The position numbers and the translations under genes were made by a program. The notes under the pieces were generated by a model. That model was not told the DNA's origin. It saw only the letters and a list, made by a program, of their open reading frames with translations, and ran no database searches. Shown here in pieces: positions 47,969 to 57,388 of a stretch of DNA of 64,000 bases. The stretch's first letter is position 1. Every line of letters begins with the position of its first letter. The stretch comes from Candidatus Parcubacteria bacterium (GTDB taxonomy: Bacteria; Patescibacteriota; Minisyncoccia; Phycocordibacterales; UBA918), in contig JBJOPW010000004.1 of NCBI GenBank assembly GCA_046050355.1, positions 13,755-77,754 on the forward strand, written 5' to 3'.

Positions 47969-48435
47969 ATGCAATATAAAAGTGTACGGACGGTTGAAGG
48001 AAGAGGATTTACTTTAATTGAATTGCTGGTTGTCATTGGCGTCATCGCTATTCTGGCTTCGATTGTGGTGGTAGCACTTAATCCGGCGAGACAATTCGCT
48101 CAAGCGCGTAACACTGAGCGCGAAGCCCACGTTACTACTATACTTGACGCGATTGGACAAAATGTCGTCGATAACCAAGGGATCTTCACCTGTAGTGGTG
48201 TGACCATACCAAGTACCGCTACTCCGATTGGTACCGGGAGTGGAATGTTGATCTTGGTTCTTGTCTCGTGCCAACCTATATCCCAACAGCGATACCCCAA
48301 GATAGTGCGGGTGGTTCAGCTAGTGATACGAAATACACGGTTCGGGTTGATAGTAACGGCCGGTTTACTGTCTGTGCACCTAATCATGCCGAAGCGGCAA
48401 TTGCGGGCAGTGTGGCGTACTGCTTGACAAGGTAA
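47969..48435 (+). CDS. type IV pilin/pseudopilin with apparent frameshift near 48245
   Basis: GFTLIELLVVI N-methylation motif; a shifted frame gives NVDLGSCLVPTYI...AYCLTR-stop. Confidence 0.85.
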
Positions 48436-48526
48436 CGAAGTGTAGGTCAATTATTACCGCCGGTAACGTTTGTGGTCATTTATCACATATACTACGTGAA
48501 GCCGTTTATTTGTGTAAATATTTTTT

Positions 48527-49324
48527 ATGAAGCAGTTACCAATGTACTTACTCATGTTGCCACTGATGGTTATGCTCGTGCTGGCTCCGGCAGTAGTCTC
48601 AGCAAGAGAGGATGATGATTGGGAGGAAAGGGAGGATGAAGATGAGAGTAGTCTTGAAGTTGAGGCATCTGTCTTTACCGATACTACGATTGTGAAAGTG
48701 GAAGTTAATGATCGTAAAACAATCTTTGCTACTGAAGCAGACACCAAGGAAGAAGTGGTGACGGTTGTGTCCGAGAAATTTAAGCTCACCAAAGAGGCAG
48801 TTAATGCCGTACTCGAATTTGAGCTTGAAGATCGTGCCAGTCGTCCACAGGATCGCGGTAAGCTTAATCGTGAAATAAAACACGAAAAGAAAGAGAAGAA
48901 GGACAAGAAATGGTGGGGCGAACATGCGTCTACTACACCAAAAGTATGTCGCGATAATGACACGAAGCTCCAAGTAGAGGCTGATGTTTTTACGGACAAA
49001 ACTGTCGTCAAAGTAGAGTTCGTTAATGCCAAGGACGTGGTCTTTACTACCAATGCTACTACCAGTGCTGACATCATCGCTGCCGTAACAAGTCGCTACA
49101 GTACACTGTCAACCAGTAGTATTGCCTCTGCACTAGACATTGAAGTAGAGGATAGAGCAAGTCGACCAGATGACCTCACCGTTGATAATGATTGTAAAGA
49201 GTGGGTGCGGTCAACCAGTACACCAAATGAAACGACCGAAGCCAAATTAGCCGAACTCCGTGCTCGTATTGCTGAATTGCAGAGCATTCTCGATCGGATT
49301 CTGAACCTGATGCGAGGGAGTTAA
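48527..49324 (+). CDS. secreted protein with tandem duplicated domain
   Basis: Signal peptide; two copies of L(E/Q)VEAxVFTDxTxVKVE...EDRASRPxD; C-terminal coiled coil. Confidence 0.8.
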   Translation: MKQLPMYLLMLPLMVMLVLAPAVVSAREDDDWEEREDEDESSLEVEASVFTDTTIVKVEVNDRKTIFATEADTKEEVVTVVSEKFKLTKEAVNAVLEFELEDRASRPQDRGKLNREIKHEKKEKKDKKWWGEHASTTPKVCRDNDTKLQVEADVFTDKTVVKVEFVNAKDVVFTTNATTSADIIAAVTSRYSTLSTSSIASALDIEVEDRASRPDDLTVDNDCKEWVRSTSTPNETTEAKLAELRARIAELQSILDRILNLMRGS

Positions 49325-49494
49325 ACACACAGTGCAGTAAATAAAAGGCCTTTACAGGCTTTTTATTTTGTCACCTGGTCGGGTTAGACTCTTACCTTAT
49401 TGTAATTGGGAGTAAGAATATGAGAGTTGACATAATAAATAAAGTGTGATAGTATGCAAATGGTTAGCTTTTACTAGCAAGTATCTATCATTTT

Positions 49495-49821
49495 ATGAAA
49501 TTTATTATTGCAATTGCCATTATGCTCATGGTTATGCCGTTTGGTATGGCCGAGGCATCCACTACAAAGGCGGTAAGCAACGAAGCCAAGTTGTATGAAA
49601 TCGAACAGAAGATTTCACATATTCGTATGCTTATTATGTCTCGTGTATTGGGAGCGAGTACTTCAAATTACTTTATGGTTACCAGCAATGGTAACATTAT
49701 CGCTCAGAGTTATGTTCCGGTGACAGTGGCGGTGGCCCAGTCATGGTGTGCTGATATGAAAGCGATTAATTCGTTTAAGAACACTACCATTGTGTGTACA
49801 CAAAACGGTGTAGTTTTTTAA
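49495..49821 (+). CDS. hypothetical secreted protein
   Basis: Signal peptide, VLGAST, Cys pair; TTGACA-type promoter upstream. Confidence 0.7.
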   Translation: MKFIIAIAIMLMVMPFGMAEASTTKAVSNEAKLYEIEQKISHIRMLIMSRVLGASTSNYFMVTSNGNIIAQSYVPVTVAVAQSWCADMKAINSFKNTTIVCTQNGVVF

Positions 49822-49835
49822 TCAACACAAAGAAT

Positions 49836-49881
49836 TTCACAAACAAAACAACCTCTTGCTGAGGTTGTTTTGTTTGTGAAA
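49836..49881. terminator. long perfect hairpin / terminator
   Basis: TTTCACAAACAAAACAACCTC-ttgct-GAGGTTGTTTTGTTTGTGAAA. Confidence 0.7.
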
Positions 49882-49955
49882 TCTTACTCTAGCAGGATTT
49901 GCAGTTACAGTCCGACTATAAATTCCACTGTGCGTAGTGTGATACAATACGAACT

Positions 49956-50489
49956 ATGCAAAAAATACTACTGCTTTGTATGATGATGGTTGGTGTCTAC
50001 TCATTTTGGACAACTGCCTCGGCAGCCACCTCGACTGCAGACCGTACTATAGCTACTGCAACAGTGGATAAGAGCACGGTTGTTGAAACAAAGCCGCCTC
50101 CGGTCGTGATTGAGGCGGTGGTCACATCATACTTTGCTGATACACCAGTCATGATTGAGATCGCAAAGTGTGAGTCGAAGTTCAGACAGTACACTGACGC
50201 TGGCAATGTGTTTTATGGCGGGGCAGGGGGTGGTATGGTTGGGATTTTCCAGTTTTATGAATCGATACACAAGACCACCGCTGCCGCTCTCGGGTATGAC
50301 TTAGCGACTGTTGATGGCAATATCGCGTATGCGAAGCACCTCTACAAAGAGCAGGGTGTCACTCCCTGGCAATCATGTGTACCTACTACACCGATACTTG
50401 ATGCCAATACGCAAAAGCGAATAGAGCTCATGAAGCAGATTATTGGGTTGCTCCAGCAGCTCCTCGCACTGAAGTTGGCGGAGGAATAG
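49956..50489 (+). CDS. secreted lysozyme-like/lytic transglycosylase protein
   Basis: Signal peptide; IAKCES, GIFQF, GNIAYA..LY..G..PW. Confidence 0.75.
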   Translation: MQKILLLCMMMVGVYSFWTTASAATSTADRTIATATVDKSTVVETKPPPVVIEAVVTSYFADTPVMIEIAKCESKFRQYTDAGNVFYGGAGGGMVGIFQFYESIHKTTAAALGYDLATVDGNIAYAKHLYKEQGVTPWQSCVPTTPILDANTQKRIELMKQIIGLLQQLLALKLAEE

Positions 50490-50585
50490 AAAGGTGTGTC
50501 TAGGTGATATTCATTAAATAACCTTAATCTAACGAGTTTAAGTGTAACTTTAGAAAACCTTAGTGAGTATTACTTTATATGACCC

Positions 50586-51920
50586 ATGAATATCATGAAT
50601 GAATATTTTAAAAATCAGCCAAAGAATCATCTGACCGGTAAGTTGCTTATACTAGCTGTTCTCATGACGATTACTTGGGTAGCCACTATGTTTGTGTGGG
50701 GGATAATTCAAGAGCGTCAGAGTAGGCAAACAGATGCTTCTAACGAAATTTCAGAGCAATGGAGCCGTCCACAGTTGATTGCTGGACCCGTCCTCACTAT
50801 TCCGGTTGAGAGAACCACAATAGATTCAGTTGGTGGAAAAATCAACAGTATTACAAGTTTGACGTTACTTCCAAAAGATCTCGCACTATCCAGCCAGATT
50901 GATACACAGCTTTTAAAAAGAGGTGTGTATGAGACTCCGGTATATACAACTACGATTGGTAGCAGTGGCAGTTTTGATCTATCAAATTTAGAGCAAGTGC
51001 CAACGGACGCACGTATTCTTTGGGACCAAGCCGTGATTTCAATTCATGTCTCTGATTCAAGAGGAATTGCAACCATGTTTGATTTTACGCTCAATGGTGA
51101 AAAGTTTAAAATGTTACCCGCGTCAAAATTTGCAGCTTTGGACGCGAGTGGTGTTCATGCGGATGTGAAAATTGATCCGAAAGTAACAGATTATCAGTTC
51201 TCATTTGATTTACCGCTGAAGGGAAGTAGGGAAATTTCATTCTTACCGCTGGGTGAAAATACAAAGGTGCAATTGAGTTCAAGTTGGAATGCACCTAGTT
51301 TTATTGGAGAGTTCTTACCCGAAAGTCGATCAATAACCGAAAATGGCTTTGAGGCGACTTGGCAGATTCCTTCATATGCCAAAGACCTTCCACAATCTTG
51401 GATCGGGTCCTCAATTATTTCAGCAGAAAATATTGTTGCAAAAGCTTTTGGTGTTGGCCTCTACCAAGAAGTTGACTTTTACACCATGGTTGACCGTTCA
51501 ACTAAGTACTCGATACTTTTCATCGGTCTAACATTCCTTACATTCTTTATGTATGAAGTGCTCGCTGGTCTGAGAATCCATCCCGTTCAATATTTGCTTG
51601 TTGGTATGGCAATAGCACTGTTCTATCTTCTACTCCTATCACTGGCTGAAATTATTGGTTTCCTACCGGCATATCTTCTGGCTGCTACCGCTACCACGGG
51701 ATTAATTGCAGGGTATTGCTTTACTGTACTTAAGGCTAATTCACGAGCATTGACCATTGTGGGACTACTAACTGCACTCTATGGGTACCTGTACATACTT
51801 CTGCAGATGGAACAGTACTCTCTTCTGTTTGGCTCGATACTCTTATTCTGTGTTCTTGGAATCGTTATGTTCATCACACGCAATCTAGATTGGTACAAGC
51901 TTAACAACACGGACTCATGA
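50586..51920 (+). CDS. creD: cell envelope integrity protein CreD
   Basis: IQERQ, GPVLTIP, SFLPLGE, PSFIGEFLP, RSTKYSILFI, IHPVQYLLVG. Confidence 0.93.
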   Translation: MNIMNEYFKNQPKNHLTGKLLILAVLMTITWVATMFVWGIIQERQSRQTDASNEISEQWSRPQLIAGPVLTIPVERTTIDSVGGKINSITSLTLLPKDLALSSQIDTQLLKRGVYETPVYTTTIGSSGSFDLSNLEQVPTDARILWDQAVISIHVSDSRGIATMFDFTLNGEKFKMLPASKFAALDASGVHADVKIDPKVTDYQFSFDLPLKGSREISFLPLGENTKVQLSSSWNAPSFIGEFLPESRSITENGFEATWQIPSYAKDLPQSWIGSSIISAENIVAKAFGVGLYQEVDFYTMVDRSTKYSILFIGLTFLTFFMYEVLAGLRIHPVQYLLVGMAIALFYLLLLSLAEIIGFLPAYLLAATATTGLIAGYCFTVLKANSRALTIVGLLTALYGYLYILLQMEQYSLLFGSILLFCVLGIVMFITRNLDWYKLNNTDS

Positions 51921-52267
51921 AGTGGTGGTATTTATTTGCTACCTTCACTGCCTTTATTATTCTGGTAATAGTTGGTGCCTACGTTGACATTATTCCCACA
52001 ACAATTGCAACTGTCCCGATGTATGATTCGCTCGGACATTTTGGATTGTATGGAATATGGACTTTCTTGCTACATCAAGCCTTGAACCAAAAAACAATAG
52101 CAAGTATTCCATTGGCGATTATTATTCTATTTCCGATTGTCGCTTTAGAAGAATTTGCTCAAACACTAGCAGCGACAAGAACTTTCAGTTTGATTGATTT
52201 GTTTTGGGGATTTGCTGGGATGGTGACGTTTCTGGTTTTGTCGAAAGTGATATATCGAAACAATTAA
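51917..52267 (+). CDS. VanZ-like membrane protein
   Basis: DSLGHFGLYG, EEFAQ, RTFSLID. Confidence 0.8.
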   Translation: MKWWYLFATFTAFIILVIVGAYVDIIPTTIATVPMYDSLGHFGLYGIWTFLLHQALNQKTIASIPLAIIILFPIVALEEFAQTLAATRTFSLIDLFWGFAGMVTFLVLSKVIYRNN

Positions 52268-52878
52268 ATTATTTCTAAACCATCGTCATTGATGAGCAAT
52301 GCTTGCTTATCGTTCAAGAAAGTGACCACAAGTCCATCAGTTTGGTATTTTTGAGCAATGTCGGCCGCTAGCTGACTGTATTTTGCATTATCTGCGTGTG
52401 GGATAATTGCTTGTGTAAGTAAACCAAGTCCAGGACATATTGCTGGTGCTTTTATACGGTCGTCTGCGGTGGCAAAGTGTTCGATATTGTCCATGAGGAT
52501 TATGGCGCCAGCACTACTACCGACATACACGCCGCCACTATTGATGTAATCAACTAACTTTTTGTCCCAACCGGTCTTGTGTAACTGATACGCTAAATAA
52601 AACGTATTGCCGCCACTGACGTAGATAAAATCGTACGACTGTAGATCGCCCGGTAGGTAACTACCGTCCTCAAGAGTGGTTTCTTCTAGTTCGTCACAGA
52701 TAGCCCATAGTGGTGTAAAAGCTCGCTCTAGCCACTCGGGCTTTGGGCTCAGTCCATAGGGAACAGCAGCAGTGGTAATCACGAGTGCCTTGCTGGCTCT
52801 GGACTTACCGACTAATTCTAGTAGTCGTTGTAATTGGGTGGTGTTCAAGTCAGGAGAAGAAGCTAAAAGTAGTTTCAT
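52264..52878 (-). CDS. peptidase E / class I glutamine amidotransferase-like (S51)
   Basis: VSGGNTF, GSSAG, IPH. Confidence 0.88.
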   Translation of the reverse strand: MKLLLASSPDLNTTQLQRLLELVGKSRASKALVITTAAVPYGLSPKPEWLERAFTPLWAICDELEETTLEDGSYLPGDLQSYDFIYVSGGNTFYLAYQLHKTGWDKKLVDYINSGGVYVGSSAGAIILMDNIEHFATADDRIKAPAICPGLGLLTQAIIPHADNAKYSQLAADIAQKYQTDGLVVTFLNDKQALLINDDGLEII

Positions 52879-52884
52879 AATGAA

Positions 52885-53457
52885 CTAGTCAATGTATCCA
52901 ACCACCTTTTGAATCGGCAAAGCGTGAAATTTGATACCTACACCGTTTACCTTCAGTCCCACGGTTGGGTTTGGTAGTTGGTCACCCTCGGCATGTGGTT
53001 CATCTTCGGAGTACGAATACTCCACTTTTAGTTTCTCTATATCTAACTGTGGGAATGTATCGATAAAGGCCTGACGCACACCAGCCATAGTGTTCTCGAC
53101 TACATTGAGTACAAACTCGACATGTTCCCAACCGTCCTCGTAATTGTGATTAGGCTTAGGGTTGGGTAACTCAACACCAAATGTCTGCCAGTCTCCTAGG
53201 TTGATTGGTTCTGTTAGTTGTATTATCGATATTTCACGACCATTAACCTGCACGGCAGAAATAATGTGACCAACCGCTTCCAGTTCGGTTTTGAGGTTGG
53301 CTACAGCAGCAGTATTTTTGAGTCGCACACAAATATGATCAATCGGGAGGTCTTTGCAGATAGCTCGAATACCGAGCTCATCGAGGGCTGCGTTCAGTTT
53401 TTCGGTAAACGATGGGGTAGTGGCTTGGAGGTTGTTCCAGGTGATGTTTGTGTCCAT
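52885..53457 (-). CDS. YecM-like VOC family protein
   Basis: DHICVR, NGR, ELP.P, GWEHVEFV, NPT, IKFH; start at MDTNI. Confidence 0.85.
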   Translation of the reverse strand: MDTNITWNNLQATTPSFTEKLNAALDELGIRAICKDLPIDHICVRLKNTAAVANLKTELEAVGHIISAVQVNGREISIIQLTEPINLGDWQTFGVELPNPKPNHNYEDGWEHVEFVLNVVENTMAGVRQAFIDTFPQLDIEKLKVEYSYSEDEPHAEGDQLPNPTVGLKVNGVGIKFHALPIQKVVGYID

Positions 53458-53530
53458 GATGGAGTGATTATAGCAAAAGAAAAGACCGCCCTCCAACGGT
53501 CCCTCTAAAAAGAAGAAGTTGGTGGGCGGT

Positions 53531-53674
53531 CTACCGACGCGCTGCGCCCGAGACGATGTCGTCCCTGGTGCTGCTGGTGATAAGGCCGTCGATGTAGTCG
53601 CTCTCGGCTTTTTCGGCCTGGGTTTCACCGCTGTACCGAAAAAGCGTCTTGATCAATTTCCACAAAGATCTCAC
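53531..53674 (-). CDS. hypothetical small protein (47 aa, MRSLWKLIKTLFRY...)
   Basis: Hand translation; GGAGG RBS before GTG. Confidence 0.4.
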   Translation of the reverse strand: MRSLWKLIKTLFRYSGETQAEKAESDYIDGLITSSTRDDIVSGAARR

Positions 53675-53846
53675 TGTAGCCTCCAGCTTCTGTCGTTAAC
53701 TATTCGAGTGTACTTTAACACTCATAATCGTATTTGTCAAACAAAATCATACAAAGTTTGATGTCGTAAAACCAAAATCACACCCGTGGGGTGTGATTTT
53801 GGTATCAGCTAAGCTGCCTCTTAGTGCTTTGCTTCGTTTGGTGAGA

Positions 53847-53972
53847 CTACTTTCGACCCTTTTTCTCAGCCTTCTTGGCGAGCATTTCCTGCTTCTTGGC
53901 GAGACGCTTTGGTGACTTGTAAGGCGGGGTCTTGGTCTTCTTCTTTGGACTCAGTGCAATGATTCGTGTCAT
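53847..53972 (-). CDS. small Lys-rich protein (41 aa)
   Basis: Hand translation MTRIIALSPKKKTKTPPYKSPKRLAKKQEMLAKKAEKKGRK; TATAAT just upstream; hairpin at 53771-53803 downstream. Confidence 0.55.
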   Translation of the reverse strand: MTRIIALSPKKKTKTPPYKSPKRLAKKQEMLAKKAEKKGRK

Positions 53973-54023
53973 ATGGGCGCTATTATACAGTAAATTCGGA
54001 TTTAGGTAAGGGGGGTAGCCGAT

Positions 54024-54310
54024 AGGATTCGAACCTTACAGGTTCAGTACACCTTGTCGCTATTTAATTTCCTATCGTCATAAAATAGCTGGCAAGGTCT
54101 TCGAATCCTGACGAAAGTGCTCCCATAAAGGATTCGGTCACGCTCATGGATAATTTATGTCACTACGTTCATAAATTATACTCATTCGCCCGACCCGGAA
54201 TCGCTGATTCCTCGCTTTGGAAAAAACTCCTCATATCGCGATTCTTTCGAATCCTGGTCGCGGAGCATATAAAAGTAAAGGCCACATTACTGTGGCCTAA
54301 ACTTTTAATG
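54024..54310 (-). repeat. structured echo of the tRNA-Asn 3' end
   Basis: Perfect 23-bp inverted copy at 54246-54268 of 54308-54330; ATAATTT/AAATTATCC hairpin; further T-arm copies. Confidence 0.8.
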
Positions 54311-54618
54311 CTCCGCGACCAGGATTCGAACCTGGAACCAACTCCTTACACGTATCCTCTAATTCCTTAAAGGGGTGGACTATATCATCATCCGACGCAT
54401 TTGCGTTGAGGATGGAATGCGCTTCGACGAACACTTTGTTCGGCTACTCCCCGAGGGGATAGTCTCTGAACCTTCAACATCAATTAAGATGAAGCTTGGC
54501 TGCTGATTACCCGCGTCAACACGTTAGGGCTTCCAGCAATTCACATTCTTTTCATTCCGGAGTTACCTCCGGAAGCTGCCTTTGACAGGGAGCTGCTCTA
54601 CCGTTGAGCTATCGCGGA
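54311..54618 (-). tRNA. tRNA-Asn(GTT), split by an intron (exons 54585-54618 and 54311-54348)
   Basis: Spliced product has TCCGCGA/TCGCGGA acceptor, GCTCC-CTGTTAA-GGAGT anticodon arm, GTTCGAATC. Confidence 0.9.
54349..54584 (-). ncRNA. group I intron (236 nt) inside the anticodon
   Basis: Exon ends in U, intron ends in G; AATTGCTGGAA (P), AATCAGCAG (Q), TCAGAGACTA (R), GATATAGTCC (S). Confidence 0.9.
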
Positions 54619-54746
54619 AGATAGCTACTCGTTTCCGTACCTGGAAACGAGTGCATGTATTGTACAGAAATTTCTATAATATTCAACCCAAGGATATTTG
54701 GGTATTGGGGAGGGCATTTTGGTAGCTGCTTGCTATAATTATCTAT

Positions 54747-55034
54747 ATGCTTAACCTGTATTATAAACCGAGCTGTCCGTATAGTCAGCGGGTACTCAAG
54801 GCAAATGAGGATATTAAGGCGCCATTACTCCTCCTGGATGTGCGGGCGGACGATACCGCCATGGATGAACTTATCAAGAAAGGTGGTAAAGCCCAGGTAC
54901 CGTACCTCGAGGATACTGAACGAGGAATATCGATGTATGAATCTATCGATATTATCGATCATTTGGCCAAGCACTATGGTAATGGTAAGGCGCCAGAGAC
55001 GGCAGATCCAGGTAATGTCTGCCCGATTGAGTAG
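54747..55034 (+). CDS. glutaredoxin / GST N-terminal-like protein
   Basis: CPYS, GGKAQVPYL, MYESIDII. Confidence 0.88.
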   Translation: MLNLYYKPSCPYSQRVLKANEDIKAPLLLLDVRADDTAMDELIKKGGKAQVPYLEDTERGISMYESIDIIDHLAKHYGNGKAPETADPGNVCPIE

Positions 55035-55155
55035 GTAGACACAACCGATTGCTACCTGGTCGCACGCCCTTGGGTTATACTGAAGTGGAGGGGAGTACGG
55101 TAGACTGCGAACACCTCAAGGAGGACGTTTATCAGGAATAACCACAGAGCAATCT

Positions 55156-55521
55156 ATGACATTTCCAACCATAACGTTTACTCATAAAAATGTGGCGCCA
55201 GACCAAACCTTGCAGACCTTGGTGACCACTAAATTGACCTCACTGCAAAAATACCTTGAAGGTGCCCGGAGTATCCGGTGTGAAGTAGAAATCGAACGAC
55301 TAACTGCTCATGCCAATGGTCCAATCTGCCGTATTGAAGCGAATCTGTGGCGTGGCGATCGCCTCGCTCGAGCTGAGGCCACTGAAGAGACATTTGAAAA
55401 AGCGGTGGATGAAGTTCGTCGCAATCTCGAACACGAACTCGAACGAGCACATGATAAGCGAGTTAGTATGTTCCGCAAAGGAGCAAGAAGGATAAAAGAC
55501 ATGATGCGCTTTGGACGATAA
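55156..55521 (+). CDS. ribosome hibernation factor HPF/RaiA family
   Basis: Length and pattern RIEANL..G...RAEA...FEKAVDEV. Confidence 0.8.
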   Translation: MTFPTITFTHKNVAPDQTLQTLVTTKLTSLQKYLEGARSIRCEVEIERLTAHANGPICRIEANLWRGDRLARAEATEETFEKAVDEVRRNLEHELERAHDKRVSMFRKGARRIKDMMRFGR

Positions 55522-55808
55522 CTATGCCAGAAAGATTTGTCGTGGTTGATGGAGGGAAGAGTAAGGAATGTCCTGAAACTGTTACGCTGAATTCGGCGCT
55601 TAAAAAGATAACAGAGGCAATCAAGCCGTTCTCGTACTTTGAAGGTGTGAATCCTGACATGGCTGATTAGCGAGGTATCAACATCTGTCAAATGAAGGCC
55701 TGGCTTATGAAGCTGAACGATTAAGTCAAGCAATAGTAGGTCCATCAATTGATGTGGCTACTATCCTTGAACAAGCTATAGCGCTGCAAGCCACTATACA
55801 AACTAGAA

Positions 55809-56669
55809 TTAGAACTGCTCCCAATTGATTTCATTTTTGCCTTCAGGCACAATGCGGAGAATCTCAAGTGCGCCGGCCTCAGTGAGGAAGGCAGATTTGA
55901 TTTTGATGCGCTTGCCGTTGTGGATGAAAAAGGTCTCAGGCCAGCCGTCAAAGGCGCAGATTTTGCGGTATACCGCGAGGGCTTCCTCGCCGGTGGGGAG
56001 ATGGTGTGGGTCAATGGAGAGCTCGGCCATGTCCTTGGTGATTTTGGTACAAAAGGTGGCTTCAGTGTGGGCTTGTTCAGTGGGTGTTACTTGACCGAGG
56101 GGTACCCTTTGCATGACGTCGACCAACAGGCAACCGGAGATTCGAGCCAGGGTAGTATCGAGTTCTAGACCGGGGATTGGTTTGGTGAGCGTTACTGCCT
56201 GCTGCGCCAGGATAGGTCCGTGGTCGAGGTCGCGGTCCATTTGGATGATGCTGACACCGCAGGCTGAGAGGTCAAAAAGGAGGGTGGAGCGAATGGGGCT
56301 GGCGCCACGAAACTTCGGCAACAAGGATGGGTGGGCATTGATGGTGCCGTAGGTTGGTAGATTGATGAGCCACTCCGGCATGATTTTGCCGTAGGCGAGG
56401 ACAACAAAGAAATCGAACTTCGTATCAGTGAGGAGAGAGAGGTCCTCGCGGTTTTTAAGCGTCGTCGGTTGGAAGACGGGGATACCGCGGGCCTCTGCCC
56501 ACACCTTCACCGGTGGTGGGGTCATGACGTGCTTGCGCCCGACCGGTGCATCCGGATTACAGACGACAAGCGCTGGCAGGTAGCCAAACGTCGCCATCTC
56601 ATCAAGCGCGGTGACTGCGATATCAGGAGTGCCAAAAAAGCCGAAGGTTGGTTTTGGTGGGTTTTCCAT
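55809..56669 (-). CDS. fmt: methionyl-tRNA formyltransferase
   Basis: FFGTP, PDAPVGR, NAHPSLLP.FRGASPI, LDHG. Confidence 0.96.
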   Translation of the reverse strand: MENPPKPTFGFFGTPDIAVTALDEMATFGYLPALVVCNPDAPVGRKHVMTPPPVKVWAEARGIPVFQPTTLKNREDLSLLTDTKFDFFVVLAYGKIMPEWLINLPTYGTINAHPSLLPKFRGASPIRSTLLFDLSACGVSIIQMDRDLDHGPILAQQAVTLTKPIPGLELDTTLARISGCLLVDVMQRVPLGQVTPTEQAHTEATFCTKITKDMAELSIDPHHLPTGEEALAVYRKICAFDGWPETFFIHNGKRIKIKSAFLTEAGALEILRIVPEGKNEINWEQF

Positions 56670-56675
56670 GTGGAG

Positions 56676-57200
56676 TTAGGCAATATCTTTTTTCTCTTTC
56701 TTGAGTTCGTCTTTGTGCCAGACTTTGGTCGCACGGTCGGTAAAGAGGATGCCGTCGAGGTGGTCGTATTCGTGCTGAATAATTTGCGCGAGAAGGGTGC
56801 CGGCACCCCGTTCGAACCACTTACCGTGTTCGTCTTGGGCCTTCAAGGTAACATTGGTCGAACGCTTCACGAGTCCATAGTACTCGGGAATCGAGAGACA
56901 GCCCTCACCAACTTCATGGGTCTTTTTTGAGTACTTTATGATTTGTGGATTGATGGCCACAAACGAGGGAAGGGCATCACGGTCATTGCTTTGGTCTTCG
57001 ATAATAAAGACGCGCTTACCAACGCCAATTTGTGGAGCGGCGATGGCGACCGCCGTGAAGCCATCGACACTGTAGCTATGGAGGGCCTGTTTGAGGTCCT
57101 TGATGAGCTTTGCGACCGTACCATTAGAAAACTCCTCCGGAGTGACTTCGACTGCGGTGGCGTGGAGGACGGGGTGGTTTTGTGGGACGAGCTTCGCCAT
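56676..57200 (-). CDS. def: peptide deformylase
   Basis: AIAAPQIG, EGCLS, QHEYDHLDG. Confidence 0.96.
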   Translation of the reverse strand: MAKLVPQNHPVLHATAVEVTPEEFSNGTVAKLIKDLKQALHSYSVDGFTAVAIAAPQIGVGKRVFIIEDQSNDRDALPSFVAINPQIIKYSKKTHEVGEGCLSIPEYYGLVKRSTNVTLKAQDEHGKWFERGAGTLLAQIIQHEYDHLDGILFTDRATKVWHKDELKKEKKDIA

Positions 57201-57388
57201 AGAATAGTGACACTATAGCGTATAAACACACGAAAATAAAGTATAGAAAACGCGGTAATTTCACAACCGCTTTCAAAAAAGGCTCAGATGCGAGACGTGC
57301 GAGGGAAATTTTGTGAGGTGTACTTTGATGTACATTGAGCAAAATTTCACGATGCACAACAAAGCAGATGAGTATTTTTTGGAAGTGG

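Noticed and set aside
53458-53628. Basic N-terminal extension of the YecM-like ORF
   Set aside because: Read-through of promoter sequence and of a small ORF in another frame
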